This document shows positions 38,417 to 48,101 of a stretch of DNA of 64,000 nt, one piece after another; within the stretch, counting starts at the first letter, position 1; each line of letters opens with the position of its first letter. Under the pieces are notes generated by a model, which was given only the letters and a program-made list of their open reading frames with translations, made no database searches and was not told where the DNA came from. Origin of the DNA: a virus; UHGV virus genome UHGV-2113617. One strand, given 5' to 3'. The position numbers and the translations under genes were made by a program.

Positions 38417-38553
38417 ATATCAAGAACCGTCATTGAAATGCAAAATAAAATTATTGAAATAAATCCATCTGGAGTGCTAAAGAACCCAATCCAACATGCT
38501 CTAGCAAATAGATAAAATGCAAGAAAAAGTATCACATATCCAAGAAATATCAT
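38413..38553 (-). CDS. small membrane peptide (46 aa), 47.1 position
   Basis: Manual translation MIFLGYVILFLAFYLFARACWIGFF; GGAG SD; below track cutoff. Confidence 0.35.
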   Translation of the reverse strand: MIFLGYVILFLAFYLFARACWIGFFSTPDGFISIILFCISMTVLDI

Positions 38554-38577
38554 TATATCAAACTCCGTATAAAGCTA

Positions 38578-38593
38578 AAGGGCCGAAGCCCTT
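38578..38593 (-). other. UUCG-tetraloop hairpin after a-gt
   Basis: AAAGGGCCGAAGCCCTTT. Confidence 0.45.
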
Positions 38594-39795
38594 TATTTTG
38601 TAATAATGTCAAACTGTTCTTTAAAGCAGAAGCTTGAATCTTGATGCTGATACAAAAATTCATAAGCTTTTTCGCGTTCACGGTCATAAAGAGCTCGGTC
38701 AGATGACAGTTCTTTAATACGTTCAAATGTTGATTCCATGTCGTTTTCATCAAACCAAACGATACCGCTATCATGTGAAATTAATGGAGTGTTATCAACA
38801 CGGAATTTTAAATTTTCGCCAGTAGATTTCCAAAATACCGGAATTGTTCCACATGCACCAAGCTCGAGATGAGTGTATTCTAAAGAACGCTGTAGATATT
38901 TTTTGTCCAACTTACTCAACTGATAACCAAATCCGGATTTACTCATGCGTTCAAGCATTTCGCTATTTACATAACGGTCGAGAATTTGCGTCGGCAAATT
39001 AGGAGCAATTTTAATTTGGTCTACTTGATGAAGACGATAATACTCGTATGGAATTCCTTTTTCTTTAATAGGAATGAACGCTGGAGAACGTTCCAGACCT
39101 TCCATAATAGTACTTAGTCCTGCAGGTTTAAGATGTTTTTCGTGAAAATCAAACATCTGATAAAAGCCTTTCCATGTAGTAGTACGACCAATCCAACGGT
39201 TGATATTCATGTTAATTTCAGAAACATCTTTCCAGTAAGTTGATCGAACCTTCGCAATATCCATAGGAGGCTGAAAGTTATATACGGTCGGTGCTTCTTC
39301 AATATCATCAAACAGAGAAACAGTTTCCGGATACCATTCTTTCATTAAAACTTTATTAAAATCACCATTATCAGAATGGCTAAAAATAACATCAGCTCGA
39401 CGAACAGTTTCTTCTAATCCCAAATTTCGGCGTAAAGAAAGAGAAGAATGGTCATGCTGATAAACTACAACACGAACCGAAGGTTTAATGTTATCAATAA
39501 TTTTTTTATAGTTATTAATGGTGTCTTCTTCGACTGAAGTAGCAGGAACTGAATTGATAACTAGAATATCACAATCATTTACCAGCTTAAGCGTTTTATC
39601 GTATTCTTTTGCCAATAAAACTGGAATTGAAAATGACTTATAATCATGCGCGCAATTACGAGTAAATGATTTATCTTTAGCATAAACCAAAGTTACTTCA
39701 TGGCCATTTTTAGTAAACCAATCACGCTGCTCAAGAGAAAATTTAGTTACACCACAACCTTCAAGACCTCGAGCCATAAAAATGCATACTTTCAT
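38593..39795 (-). CDS. a-gt: DNA alpha-glucosyltransferase
   Basis: 400 aa as T4 a-gt; N-term MKVCIFMARGLEGCGVTKFSLEQRDWF. Confidence 0.85.
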   Translation of the reverse strand: MKVCIFMARGLEGCGVTKFSLEQRDWFTKNGHEVTLVYAKDKSFTRNCAHDYKSFSIPVLLAKEYDKTLKLVNDCDILVINSVPATSVEEDTINNYKKIIDNIKPSVRVVVYQHDHSSLSLRRNLGLEETVRRADVIFSHSDNGDFNKVLMKEWYPETVSLFDDIEEAPTVYNFQPPMDIAKVRSTYWKDVSEINMNINRWIGRTTTWKGFYQMFDFHEKHLKPAGLSTIMEGLERSPAFIPIKEKGIPYEYYRLHQVDQIKIAPNLPTQILDRYVNSEMLERMSKSGFGYQLSKLDKKYLQRSLEYTHLELGACGTIPVFWKSTGENLKFRVDNTPLISHDSGIVWFDENDMESTFERIKELSSDRALYDREREKAYEFLYQHQDSSFCFKEQFDIITK

Positions 39796-39819
39796 TTAAT
39801 ATCCTCATTGTTTTGGTTT

Positions 39820-39844
39820 ATTTTACCAAAAATTTATAAAGCAA
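39820..39844 (-). promoter_or_regulatory. middle promoter (MotA box) upstream of a-gt
   Basis: TTGCTTTA, 11-nt spacer, TAAAAT. Confidence 0.45.
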
Positions 39845-39861
39845 TATAGGAGCCTCGGCTC

Positions 39862-40035
39862 CTATCCGCATAATACGCCATACAGAGGCTCATTAGAGCT
39901 TCTAAATTTTATGCGCTTATATGTTATAGTTCCTTCTGCTTTAGCTTTATCGTGAGCCTCTTTAAAGCGTCTCATCATTTCTACTTTAGAGGAACGAATT
40001 TTGTTATAATCTATTTCAGAAGTCTGGGTGTTCAT
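39862..40035 (-). CDS. hypothetical small protein (57 aa)
   Basis: Manual translation MNTQTSEIDYNKIRSSKVEMMRRFKEAHDK; stop overlaps hairpin GGAGCCTCGGCTCC. Confidence 0.3.
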   Translation of the reverse strand: MNTQTSEIDYNKIRSSKVEMMRRFKEAHDKAKAEGTITYKRIKFRSSNEPLYGVLCG

Positions 40036-40038
40036 CTT

Positions 40039-40245
40039 TCACAGTTGCCACCATTTTTTGACTTGATAAGAATCAACCCACACTTTCATATTAGGGTCTG
40101 CTCTTACAATAGGAGGATTAACTTCTTTAATTGAACTATCATGGTATTCTTTTTCAGAAATTTTCACACAAAGATGACCGTTCAAAGATTCAGTAAATCC
40201 TGCATTAATTTTAAGACGCTTGAATTTTACGTGTGTAAGCATCAA
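40039..40245 (-). CDS. hypothetical protein
   Basis: ORF track 68 aa. Confidence 0.45.
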   Translation of the reverse strand: MMLTHVKFKRLKINAGFTESLNGHLCVKISEKEYHDSSIKEVNPPIVRADPNMKVWVDSYQVKKWWQL

Positions 40246-40528
40246 TCATATCCTCAATCTGTGATCTAGTAGTCTTCCAAAGAATACTAATGAGTTCATC
40301 GTTATATGGCTGTTTTAGAATATCCCGACTTTTCTTGATAGCATATTCGTATTGAGCAAAATTATTGTTTTCAGCTGCAATCTGAGCGTGCTTATAAAGA
40401 CGGTTCAGTTCGCGTTTATTTTTAGACAATAACTTATTTGCTTTTCTTTCTGCTTCAAGACGGTTCTTTTCTTCAATAGAAGAAATAAGCTTTTCCACTT
40501 CATCATTAATTTCGGGTTTATCAGTCAT
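40211..40528 (-). CDS. hypothetical protein
   Basis: ORF track 105 aa. Confidence 0.5.
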   Translation of the reverse strand: MTDKPEINDEVEKLISSIEEKNRLEAERKANKLLSKNKRELNRLYKHAQIAAENNNFAQYEYAIKKSRDILKQPYNDELISILWKTTRSQIEDMIDAYTRKIQAS

Positions 40529-40529
40529 A

Positions 40530-40748
40530 TTATTTCTCTAATATAAAATAAAAATCATCATCTGTTAAATGATACCGATAGTTTAATTCTACACCATTAG
40601 ATTTAAAAGCGGTATCATACGGATTTTCTGGATCAATATCAATGTCAAGAGCTAAAACTTCCCTGAGATACATTTTAAGTAAATAGGGAATAGCTTCAAC
40701 TTCAGGTATTTCTTCCAAGAATCCGGAGAGGTTAATCGTTAGCCTCAT
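40530..40748 (-). CDS. hypothetical protein
   Basis: ORF track 72 aa. Confidence 0.45.
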
Positions 40749-41289
40749 ATAAAAAATCCAAACTAGGAGAATCGTCTACAACACTTTTCTTTTCAGCCCC
40801 CGGTGTTCTATAGGTTGATTCTTCGTAATGCGTCATTTTATCGTAGATGTCTTGAATAAAAGTTTCATCTACTAACGCAACCATATCGTCGTCACGACTG
40901 TCATAGACATTGTGAACGAAGTAACTGTATTTCTTTGCAACTTCCTTACGTTCTTTTTTAATACGTTGGACGAATGCATTAAAACAAGCTTGAGTTATAT
41001 ATGCATGTGGGTTTTTATATTTCGTTTCATCAAAATTATGAAGTCCTTTAATAGAAGCTTCTATACCATCTGCAATCATTTCTTGTTTCCAAGACTGGGT
41101 GTATCCTGAAAAGTTGAAACGTTTAGATAAGCCTTCTGCAATAAGCATAATGGCTAATCCGATAGTATCATTCTGACGAACTACTTTATTTGGGTCTTTA
41201 TTATTTGCTAATTCTGTTTTCCAATCAATAATAGCTTGTAAAAGCTCTTTATTGTTTACGTAATTATATTTAGGCTTAGTTTCTGACAT
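40732..41289 (-). CDS. 55: late-transcription sigma factor gp55
   Basis: 185 aa from ATG 41287-41289 ([24 protein letters not shown]); GAGGTGA SD. Confidence 0.85.
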
Positions 41290-41369
41290 TTTCACCTCTT
41301 AGCTCAATTCATAGATCTATTATATCATAATATTTGAAGATCTATCTTAAAGCATAGAGGATGAATCAG

Positions 41370-41639
41370 TTATCTAAGTAAACAGTATGCTTGGAACACT
41401 TTCTCCATCATCTTTTTAAATTCATGAATATCTATATAATGATCATTAATATCAGCACGATATAAAAAGTCTAAAAACTTTTTATGGGTGTTAGAATATT
41501 TACTTTCATTTAATTCAGAAACATGGCTTTCCCAATATCCAACACCAGTCTTATTTGGGAAAAATGAAATTTTCATGTATTGGTCAACATAGAAAATACC
41601 AAAATTTTCAATAGCAATAGAAATATTAATAAATTTCAT
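41370..41639 (-). CDS. hypothetical protein
   Basis: ORF track 89 aa. Confidence 0.45.
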   Translation of the reverse strand: MKFINISIAIENFGIFYVDQYMKISFFPNKTGVGYWESHVSELNESKYSNTHKKFLDFLYRADINDHYIDIHEFKKMMEKVFQAYCLLR

Positions 41640-41857
41640 ACATTCATCAACTTAGCCGCTTCAAGAGCTGCATCTAGTGAATCAAATTGATCGACATATT
41701 CAATCAATTCGCCGTAATTAGCATATAACCACCATTGGCTAAATTCATACTCAAGGATGAATCCATTTCCTTCAATTTGAGTTAAACCAATGCCGTTTGT
41801 ATTTACTTCATATCCGGCAAGACGCAAATCGTTAATAAGAGCTTCGTTCATATTCAT
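41636..41857 (-). CDS. hypothetical protein
   Basis: ORF track 73 aa. Confidence 0.45.
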   Translation of the reverse strand: MNMNEALINDLRLAGYEVNTNGIGLTQIEGNGFILEYEFSQWWLYANYGELIEYVDQFDSLDAALEAAKLMNV

Positions 41858-42180
41858 ACCTTAGCAATTTTCAGGTCAGCAAATTTTTTCTTGCGTTGAT
41901 TTTTCATACGACGAATAGTTTTATCAGAAATTTCATGCTTTTGATAAGCTTTAGATTCTACGCCAAAAGCTTTAACATCAAATTCTGACAAGATATATTG
42001 AACCAACAATTCACGGATAGTATTTCGTCCAATTTTCTGATCATTCTGTTTCATCGTCTGATGAAGCTCTTTTTCCCATTTATCCAAAATTTGAGGAGTT
42101 ACAATATCGCCTTTTTCTAGCAAAGAAACTACTTTATCATATGCATAAGAATTGATGGCGTTTTTAATTTGAATAGTCAT
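41854..42180 (-). CDS. hypothetical protein
   Basis: ORF track 108 aa. Confidence 0.5.
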   Translation of the reverse strand: MTIQIKNAINSYAYDKVVSLLEKGDIVTPQILDKWEKELHQTMKQNDQKIGRNTIRELLVQYILSEFDVKAFGVESKAYQKHEISDKTIRRMKNQRKKKFADLKIAKV

Positions 42181-42219
42181 ACATTATCCTCAATTGCGTT
42201 AAAATTTTATTATCCAAAA

Positions 42220-42235
42220 AAGGGCCGAAGCCCTT
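42220..42235 (-). terminator. UUCG-tetraloop hairpin with U-tract
   Basis: GGGCCGAAGCCC preceded on plus strand by A7. Confidence 0.5.
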
Positions 42236-42434
42236 AGCTAAACCGTTTTGCACCCTTCCAGCCTTCATACATCATTGCGACTGACAATGACAAAGCTCCT
42301 TCACATGCTGCATACTTATTATTCCAAAACCAGTTTAGAAAAACTTCATCCTCAATACCATTGTGTTTCATGTTCTGGAAAAATTTGGCACGTTCTTCAG
42401 CAATTCGTTGTGATAATTTAGATTCAGGATTCAT
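42234..42434 (-). CDS. hypothetical protein
   Basis: ORF track 66 aa. Confidence 0.45.
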   Translation of the reverse strand: MNPESKLSQRIAEERAKFFQNMKHNGIEDEVFLNWFWNNKYAACEGALSLSVAMMYEGWKGAKRFS

Positions 42435-42650
42435 TTAAATTTTCCAGTTACCGTTTTCATCAATGAATTTAATCCAGTCATTTACTGACCACTTGGTCAT
42501 ATCGCCTTTTGGAGCAACATTTAAAGTGTATAATCCTTGTTTAAAAAGCATGCGTTTGATATTCATATTTTCCTCAGCTGTAACGATAGCACTCGTTTGA
42601 TTTACGCTTAGCAACTCGTTGAGAAGTATTATAATCAAAATCGTCATCAA
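42435..42650 (-). CDS. hypothetical protein
   Basis: ORF track 71 aa. Confidence 0.4.
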   Translation of the reverse strand: MMTILIIILLNELLSVNQTSAIVTAEENMNIKRMLFKQGLYTLNVAPKGDMTKWSVNDWIKFIDENGNWKI

Positions 42651-42867
42651 TGTAAACTGATTTTTTCAACTTTCTTACTTCACTACGTAATTGACGATTT
42701 AACTCATCTTTAACTTCTGAATCAATGCCTTTCATTCTACGCCATTTATCAGAGCGAAAAATGTTTTCAACCATATCTTTATGACTTACGCCATCAGGAG
42801 CTTTACGCTTTCCGAAATAGTCATAATCACGTACTTTTAAATCTTTACGACGATACGTTTTACCCAT
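42574..42867 (-). CDS. hypothetical basic protein (97 aa)
   Basis: ATG 42865-42867 preceded by AAGGAA; longer track form overlaps upstream ORF. Confidence 0.45.
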   Translation of the reverse strand: MGKTYRRKDLKVRDYDYFGKRKAPDGVSHKDMVENIFRSDKWRRMKGIDSEVKDELNRQLRSEVRKLKKSVYIDDDFDYNTSQRVAKRKSNECYRYS

Positions 42868-43042
42868 GGAGTTTAATTTCCTTAGCAACTGAACTAAATA
42901 CAGCACGATCACAAATCATCTGTTTATGTAACTTGAGTATAAGATAATAAACTTCAAAACCGTTTACATAAGTAACACGAACAACATTACCATTAATAAA
43001 ATAATATTGTCCCTTTTTAATTTCTTTATCAACCACAACCAT
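42860..43042 (-). CDS. hypothetical protein
   Basis: 60 aa; ATG 43040-43042 with GAGGA SD; downstream of early promoter 43069-43102. Confidence 0.45.
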   Translation of the reverse strand: MVVVDKEIKKGQYYFINGNVVRVTYVNGFEVYYLILKLHKQMICDRAVFSSVAKEIKLHG

Positions 43043-43068
43043 ATCAAATCCTCAAAGGCAATTCATAT

Positions 43069-43102
43069 GTTAATAATACCACAGTTTGAACTTCTTGTAA
43101 AC
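43069..43102 (-). promoter_or_regulatory. early promoter
   Basis: GTTTACAagaagttcaaactgtggTATTAT. Confidence 0.55.
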
Positions 43103-43183
43103 AACTTTGTGAAAATTATTTTAGGGAACGATAAGAAGGGAACGATAGCTTAGAATGGTAATATACAGAATGCGAGAAAGAAA

Positions 43184-43196
43184 GGCCCAGAGGGCC
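43184..43196 (-). other. hairpin after nrdH
   Basis: GGCCC-AGA-GGGCC. Confidence 0.4.
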
Positions 43197-43200
43197 CGTC

Positions 43201-43509
43201 TTAGTCTTCTATGATATCTCTATCATATCCAAGTGAAATGAGAGTTTCTTTGAAGTGTTTAATGTTCTTTTGTCTAGAATCATTGATGAAAATGACTGGA
43301 TAACGAATGTTAAGAGATGTGAATCCAGCTCGTTTAGCAAGAGATACAATCAGTGGACGATCATACTCAATCTTACCATTATTTGTAAGAACTTTATAGA
43401 AAGTAAAAGGAGCATTGAGCTCCTTTAGAAGTTTTGTAACTGATTGACATCCAGGACAACGACCTACTTCATCTGGAATTCCATAGACTTCAATCTTGTT
43501 TTGTTTCAC
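43201..43509 (-). CDS. nrdH: glutaredoxin-like protein NrdH
   Basis: 102 aa; CPGC redox motif; apparent GTG start after AAGGAA. Confidence 0.7.
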   Translation of the reverse strand: MKQNKIEVYGIPDEVGRCPGCQSVTKLLKELNAPFTFYKVLTNNGKIEYDRPLIVSLAKRAGFTSLNIRYPVIFINDSRQKNIKHFKETLISLGYDRDIIED

Positions 43510-43511
43510 AA

Positions 43512-43748
43512 CTATTCCTTACTAAGAGCAGCATTCAGCTTGTTAGTAATTTTATCCAGACGCTCATTGAACTCGCTAGAAGATAGTCCTTTTTCTGGAG
43601 AAATTAAGCTAATCACGAAAAATATAGCAATAAAAGGAATAAGAAAAATAGCTCCAACTGCCATAAACAAAAAGAATGTTACGGTTGTAAGAAAATCAGC
43701 TAAACCTTTACGAAATTTATACATATTTACCCTTAATTGATTAACCAA
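43512..43748 (-). CDS. small membrane protein
   Basis: ORF track 78 aa; hydrophobic core. Confidence 0.5.
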   Translation of the reverse strand: MVNQLRVNMYKFRKGLADFLTTVTFFLFMAVGAIFLIPFIAIFFVISLISPEKGLSSSEFNERLDKITNKLNAALSKE

Positions 43749-43838
43749 GCATTGATAAGTACTAAACTATACTGCGAATAAAATTCTGGACCAAAATGAA
43801 AAATCATATCATTTATAGTATCAATAATATAATTCAAT

Positions 43839-44309
43839 TTAATCATGTTTCCACACCCCATCGGTATTTGACCAAAGTCGCTGATTATCTGATCCTCGCC
43901 ACAGCTTTTTGGTCGGAAGATTTTTCTCATACTTCCCATCAATAATAACATCAACATATTTAAGCATTTCTAGTTGTTTAATATCTTCAAATTTATATCC
44001 TGTCCACAACCAAATGCTTTTATTTGGATAAAGATTTTTTACCGTTTGAACAATGCAATGAACAACATCTCGGTTATCAGGATAAAGAGGGTCTCCTCCA
44101 GTTATAGTTAATCCTTCTATATAATCATTATTCAAACATTCAATTAATTGTTCTAGTGTTTCACCAGTGAATGGAACGCCATTTCTAGCATTCCATGTTG
44201 ATTTATTATAACACCCTTCACATTTATGCAAACACCCCGTAACGAAAAGAACGACCCTGCATCCAGGGCCATTCACAAAATCACAGGGATAAAATCTATC
44301 GTAATTCAT
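43839..44309 (-). CDS. nrdG: anaerobic ribonucleotide reductase activating protein (radical SAM)
   Basis: 156 aa; CxxxCxxC in FVNGPGCRVVLFVTGCLHKCEGCYN. Confidence 0.85.
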   Translation of the reverse strand: MNYDRFYPCDFVNGPGCRVVLFVTGCLHKCEGCYNKSTWNARNGVPFTGETLEQLIECLNNDYIEGLTITGGDPLYPDNRDVVHCIVQTVKNLYPNKSIWLWTGYKFEDIKQLEMLKYVDVIIDGKYEKNLPTKKLWRGSDNQRLWSNTDGVWKHD

Positions 44310-46123
44310 TGGTGTTTAACCCTATGCATGATTTCTTTATTTTTGCCAAGATTAAATCCGCGTTCGTTCGGATTTCCCAAATAACCACAAGTTCTTCTTA
44401 TTGTGTTCATCTTTTTAGGATCAGTTTCTCCACAAATAGAACAAACAAATCCGTTTTCAGTAGGAGTCATTTCATGGGTACTTCCACATGTAAAACATTT
44501 ATCTACTGGCATATTAACACCAAAATAATCTAAATGTTGTGCAGCATAATCCCATACAGCCTCAAGACCTTTTAGGTTATTTTTCATATCAGGAAGTTCA
44601 ACATAAGAAATGTGACCACCTGTCGCAATGAAATGATATGGGGCTTCGCGAGAAATCTTTTCAAACGGAGTAATATTTTCTTCTACTGAAACGTGGAAAC
44701 TGTTAGTGTACCAGCCTTTATCGGTAACATCTTTTACACTTCCATATTTTTCGGTATCAAGTTTACAGAAGCGATAGCACAGGTTTTCTGCAGGAGTAGA
44801 ATACAAACTAAAAGCAAATCCGGTTCTTTCAGTCCATTGTTTAAGATGAGTATTCATTTTAGTTAAAATTTCTTGTCCAATATCACGACCGACAAGAATA
44901 TTCAATTCGTGAATACCAATGTATCCTAGAGACACTGAACTTCTACCGTTTTTAAATAACTCAATTATATCGTCATCAGGTTTAAGACGAACCCCGAATG
45001 CACCTTCTTGGTAAAGAATAGGAGCAACAGTAGCTTTAACTCCTTTTAAGGAACTAATTCTACACATCAATGCTTCAAAACATAAATCCATTCGTTCGTT
45101 GAACAATTCGGCAAATTTCTGTTCATTGAACTGTGTTCCAATATAAGAATCTAACGCAATACGAGGAAGATTCAGTGTTACAACACCAAGATTATTACGT
45201 CCATCAAGAATTTCATTACCAGTCGAATCTTTCCATACGCCCAAGAAACTACGACAACCCATTGGAGAAACAGGAATAGATGAACCAGTGATAGCTTTAT
45301 TGTTCTTAGCCGAAATGATGTCAGGATACATTCTTTTACTTGCACACTCTAGAGCAAGCTGTTTAATATCATAGTTCGGATCGTCTTTATAAAGATTAAC
45401 ACCTTCTTCAACGAACATAACAAGTTTAGGGAAAATAGGAGTTATCCCATCACGACCGAGACCTTTAATACGATTTTTCAGAATTGCTTTCTGAATCATT
45501 CGTTCAGTCCAGTCAGTTCCCGTACCAAATGTAATTGTTACAAAAGGCGTCTGTCCGTTTGAACTAAAGAGAGTATTTACTTCATATTCATAAGCTTGGA
45601 ACGCATCGTATACGTCTTTTTCTGTTTTAGATTGGGCATAATTCAATGCATCTGCGATTTGCCATTTTTCCGCGTCCTCAATATGTTTCGCATAGGTGCG
45701 TTTAACATAAGGAGAAAGTACTTTATCTACATTCGCAAAAGTCGTTCCGCCATATTGATGAGAAGCAACCTGTGCAGTAATTTGTGCCATAATTGCAGTA
45801 GCAACGCCGATTGATTTAGGGGTTTCAATCTGTGCATTACCGAGCTTAAATCCGTTCTCAAGCATTCCTTTTAAATCTACTAAACAACAATTAGTAAATG
45901 GAAGAGCAGGGGAATAATCAATATCGTGGAAATGGATAATTCCGCTTTCATGTGCTTTCATAATAAAAGACGGGACCATATTTTTGGCAATGTGTTTAGA
46001 CACAATACCAGCCATAAGGTCCCGTTGAGTTGGAAAAACACGAGAATCTTTATTAGCATTCTCGTTTAAAAGGTCTTTATTAGTTTTATGAATTAATCCT
46101 TCAATTTCTTTTTCAATTGTCAT
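44306..46123 (-). CDS. nrdD: anaerobic ribonucleoside-triphosphate reductase, intron-free
   Basis: 605 aa continuous ORF; C-terminal glycyl-radical motif RTCGYLG. Confidence 0.9.
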   Translation of the reverse strand: MTIEKEIEGLIHKTNKDLLNENANKDSRVFPTQRDLMAGIVSKHIAKNMVPSFIMKAHESGIIHFHDIDYSPALPFTNCCLVDLKGMLENGFKLGNAQIETPKSIGVATAIMAQITAQVASHQYGGTTFANVDKVLSPYVKRTYAKHIEDAEKWQIADALNYAQSKTEKDVYDAFQAYEYEVNTLFSSNGQTPFVTITFGTGTDWTERMIQKAILKNRIKGLGRDGITPIFPKLVMFVEEGVNLYKDDPNYDIKQLALECASKRMYPDIISAKNNKAITGSSIPVSPMGCRSFLGVWKDSTGNEILDGRNNLGVVTLNLPRIALDSYIGTQFNEQKFAELFNERMDLCFEALMCRISSLKGVKATVAPILYQEGAFGVRLKPDDDIIELFKNGRSSVSLGYIGIHELNILVGRDIGQEILTKMNTHLKQWTERTGFAFSLYSTPAENLCYRFCKLDTEKYGSVKDVTDKGWYTNSFHVSVEENITPFEKISREAPYHFIATGGHISYVELPDMKNNLKGLEAVWDYAAQHLDYFGVNMPVDKCFTCGSTHEMTPTENGFVCSICGETDPKKMNTIRRTCGYLGNPNERGFNLGKNKEIMHRVKHQ

Positions 46124-46593
46124 TTTAAACTCTTTCTAAGCTGCTTCTTAAATGAAGCTATTAATTGTGTTTTAGTGTCAGATTCATTATATTCAAATCC
46201 TCTTTGAAGCATCTCAGCCATCATTTCCTCTTTTCCTAAACGAGAAAATTCCTTTGATTTATCTCCAACAAAGTTAGGGTGAATATTATTTTGGGTGTAA
46301 TCGGATTTTAAATAAGTAAGTAAATTTTCTAACCATTCAAGATAATCAACACCTTGTCCCTTTAAGCCAGAACGATTGAATTTATGCTTCATTTGACCTT
46401 CTGCAGCATTACAGAGATTACATAGCAACCCACGTACCTTTCCTGCTTTTGGTCCATTTAATTCATGGTCATGGTCAAGGTGATTAGCTTGAACATCAGG
46501 ATTTAGTTCTCGTTGGCAAATTAAGCATTTACCGTTTTGTGCATTATAAAATTTTTGTTTTTCTTCTTTGTATAATTTGCCAGTCAATAACAT
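46120..46593 (-). CDS. 49: endonuclease VII (Holliday junction resolvase)
   Basis: 157 aa; N-term MLLTGKLYKEEKQKFYNAQNGKCLICQRELNPDVQANHLDHDH matches T4 endo VII as recalled. Confidence 0.9.
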   Translation of the reverse strand: MLLTGKLYKEEKQKFYNAQNGKCLICQRELNPDVQANHLDHDHELNGPKAGKVRGLLCNLCNAAEGQMKHKFNRSGLKGQGVDYLEWLENLLTYLKSDYTQNNIHPNFVGDKSKEFSRLGKEEMMAEMLQRGFEYNESDTKTQLIASFKKQLRKSLK

Positions 46594-46635
46594 AATAAAA
46601 CCCTTACCTTGAATAGATAAGGGTATTTATTATTT

Positions 46636-46812
46636 TCAAGTATTGTAAAACATTCGATGCAATCGCTTATATTGTCGAATCATCTTTTTAGTAGGACGAG
46701 AATAAGTTCCTACACAAGTGGTCATATTAGGATCAGTAGGACTTCCTTTAATAAAAAGTTTCCAGACTTTACCACCATTTAGCTTTTCAGTATAAACCAA
46801 TTCAGTTTTCAT
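46636..46812 (-). CDS. hypothetical small protein (58 aa)
   Basis: Manual translation MKTELVYTEKLNGGKVWKLFIKGSPTDPNM; TAATG coupling to upstream ORF. Confidence 0.3.
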   Translation of the reverse strand: MKTELVYTEKLNGGKVWKLFIKGSPTDPNMTTCVGTYSRPTKKMIRQYKRLHRMFYNT

Positions 46813-47276
46813 TAAAATGCTCGGTCAGAAAAAGAAATTTGAGTTTCAAGCCATTCAATATATTCTGCCGCAGCTTGCATCAAATTTCCTTCATAACCAT
46901 CGTTGTTTTCTTGCGCAGCTAATTTAGCTAATGCATATGAAATGCGTTCACCTTGAAAAGCGGCTTTAGGTTTATGAATAGCTTGATCAACTCGTTCTAC
47001 GACTTCTTCAATTTCGCCATTTTCTACTGATTCAGTATTCCACAAGCACCAATACGTAATTGGCTTATCGTAAATGTTAATAATCTTTCCATCAGAAAGT
47101 TCAATTTCAATAATTCCAGTATCAGGTTCTATATCATCTTCACATTCTTTTACAAGTTCACGAACTTTAAAGACAATACCTGCACTAAGTTCAGGCCAGT
47201 AATTACACAGCCCTTTATCAGCACGATTAATTCTAAACCACTTATCTACTGTAATCATGTCCCATCTCCATATCAA
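46812..47276 (-). CDS. hypothetical protein (49.x / pin region)
   Basis: ORF track 154 aa. Confidence 0.5.
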   Translation of the reverse strand: MIWRWDMITVDKWFRINRADKGLCNYWPELSAGIVFKVRELVKECEDDIEPDTGIIEIELSDGKIINIYDKPITYWCLWNTESVENGEIEEVVERVDQAIHKPKAAFQGERISYALAKLAAQENNDGYEGNLMQAAAEYIEWLETQISFSDRAF

Positions 47277-47381
47277 TTATGTCATTTATTGTAGGTTCAT
47301 TATATACTGTTTCTTCATCAGTGTAAACCGGTTCTTCCGGCTCTGGCTCTACTGTTTCCCATCTAGCCGCCCACCAGGGTT

Positions 47382-47702
47382 TTATAGCGTAATCCATTCT
47401 CGTATTGTCTGAGTTACTACACGTTCACGGGGCTCGACTAGTTCAACAGTCGGAACTGCATAATACCAGTCAGAATGATAAGAACCTGAACGGCATTCAT
47501 TTACGGAAACATGTACATTATGTTTTGGACTAAAATAAACACACTGACGATATTGACATTTACCGTCTTGCACCCAGTCTTCTATTTCGACAGGTTTAAG
47601 ATAATCGGAAAAATCGAAATCATAGTTTTCTGAAAATGCATCATGGTCTTCAATGATTTCACTCAGAACTGCATCAACATCTAATTTATTTTCAATAGTC
47701 AT
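47382..47702 (-). CDS. hypothetical protein
   Basis: ORF track 106 aa. Confidence 0.5.
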   Translation of the reverse strand: MTIENKLDVDAVLSEIIEDHDAFSENYDFDFSDYLKPVEIEDWVQDGKCQYRQCVYFSPKHNVHVSVNECRSGSYHSDWYYAVPTVELVEPRERVVTQTIREWITL

Positions 47703-47712
47703 TTGTCACCAC

Positions 47713-47922
47713 TTAATTTCGCAATTTATTAAGTTCTTCATAATCAATCCAGGATTCTAATCCTGATGGCAAATCAGATTCAATTTCCCAAAGAAGCTCT
47801 TCAATTTTCTGAAGACGATCTAATTCTTCAGCTGGAATAGTAACCATTGACGGAGTTCTTGATACACTAATATCGTAAATCATATTTACCCCAGTTTGAC
47901 CATACAATCGCCATATTTCCAT
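47713..47922 (-). CDS. hypothetical protein
   Basis: ORF track 69 aa. Confidence 0.45.
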   Translation of the reverse strand: MEIWRLYGQTGVNMIYDISVSRTPSMVTIPAEELDRLQKIEELLWEIESDLPSGLESWIDYEELNKLRN

Positions 47923-48101
47923 TTAGAAATAGACTTTTCACCGTTAGAATAATAAACTTCGAGTTTAGCACGATTATTTTTAATTTGAATAACCTTTGCT
48001 GTCATCAAAGTTCCATATCCATAATAAACTGCAACCTCATCACCTACATATACCGCGCTTCCGCGGTAGTCATGGATATAATCAGTTCCTTCAAGCATCA
48101 T
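47886..48101 (-). CDS. hypothetical protein
   Basis: ORF track 71 aa. Confidence 0.45.
   Translation of the reverse strand: MMLEGTDYIHDYRGSAVYVGDEVAVYYGYGTLMTAKVIQIKNNRAKLEVYYSNGEKSISKWKYGDCMVKLG

Noticed and set aside
41330-41355. Candidate MotA-box middle promoter upstream of gene 55
   Set aside because: ATGCTTTA is present but no TAnnnT -10 element lies at the required 11-13 nt spacing.
43733-43957. 74-aa minus-strand ORF overlapping the nrdG 3' end
   Set aside because: Mostly overlaps nrdG; only a 37-aa tail from an internal ATG would be free-standing, and that has no clear RBS.
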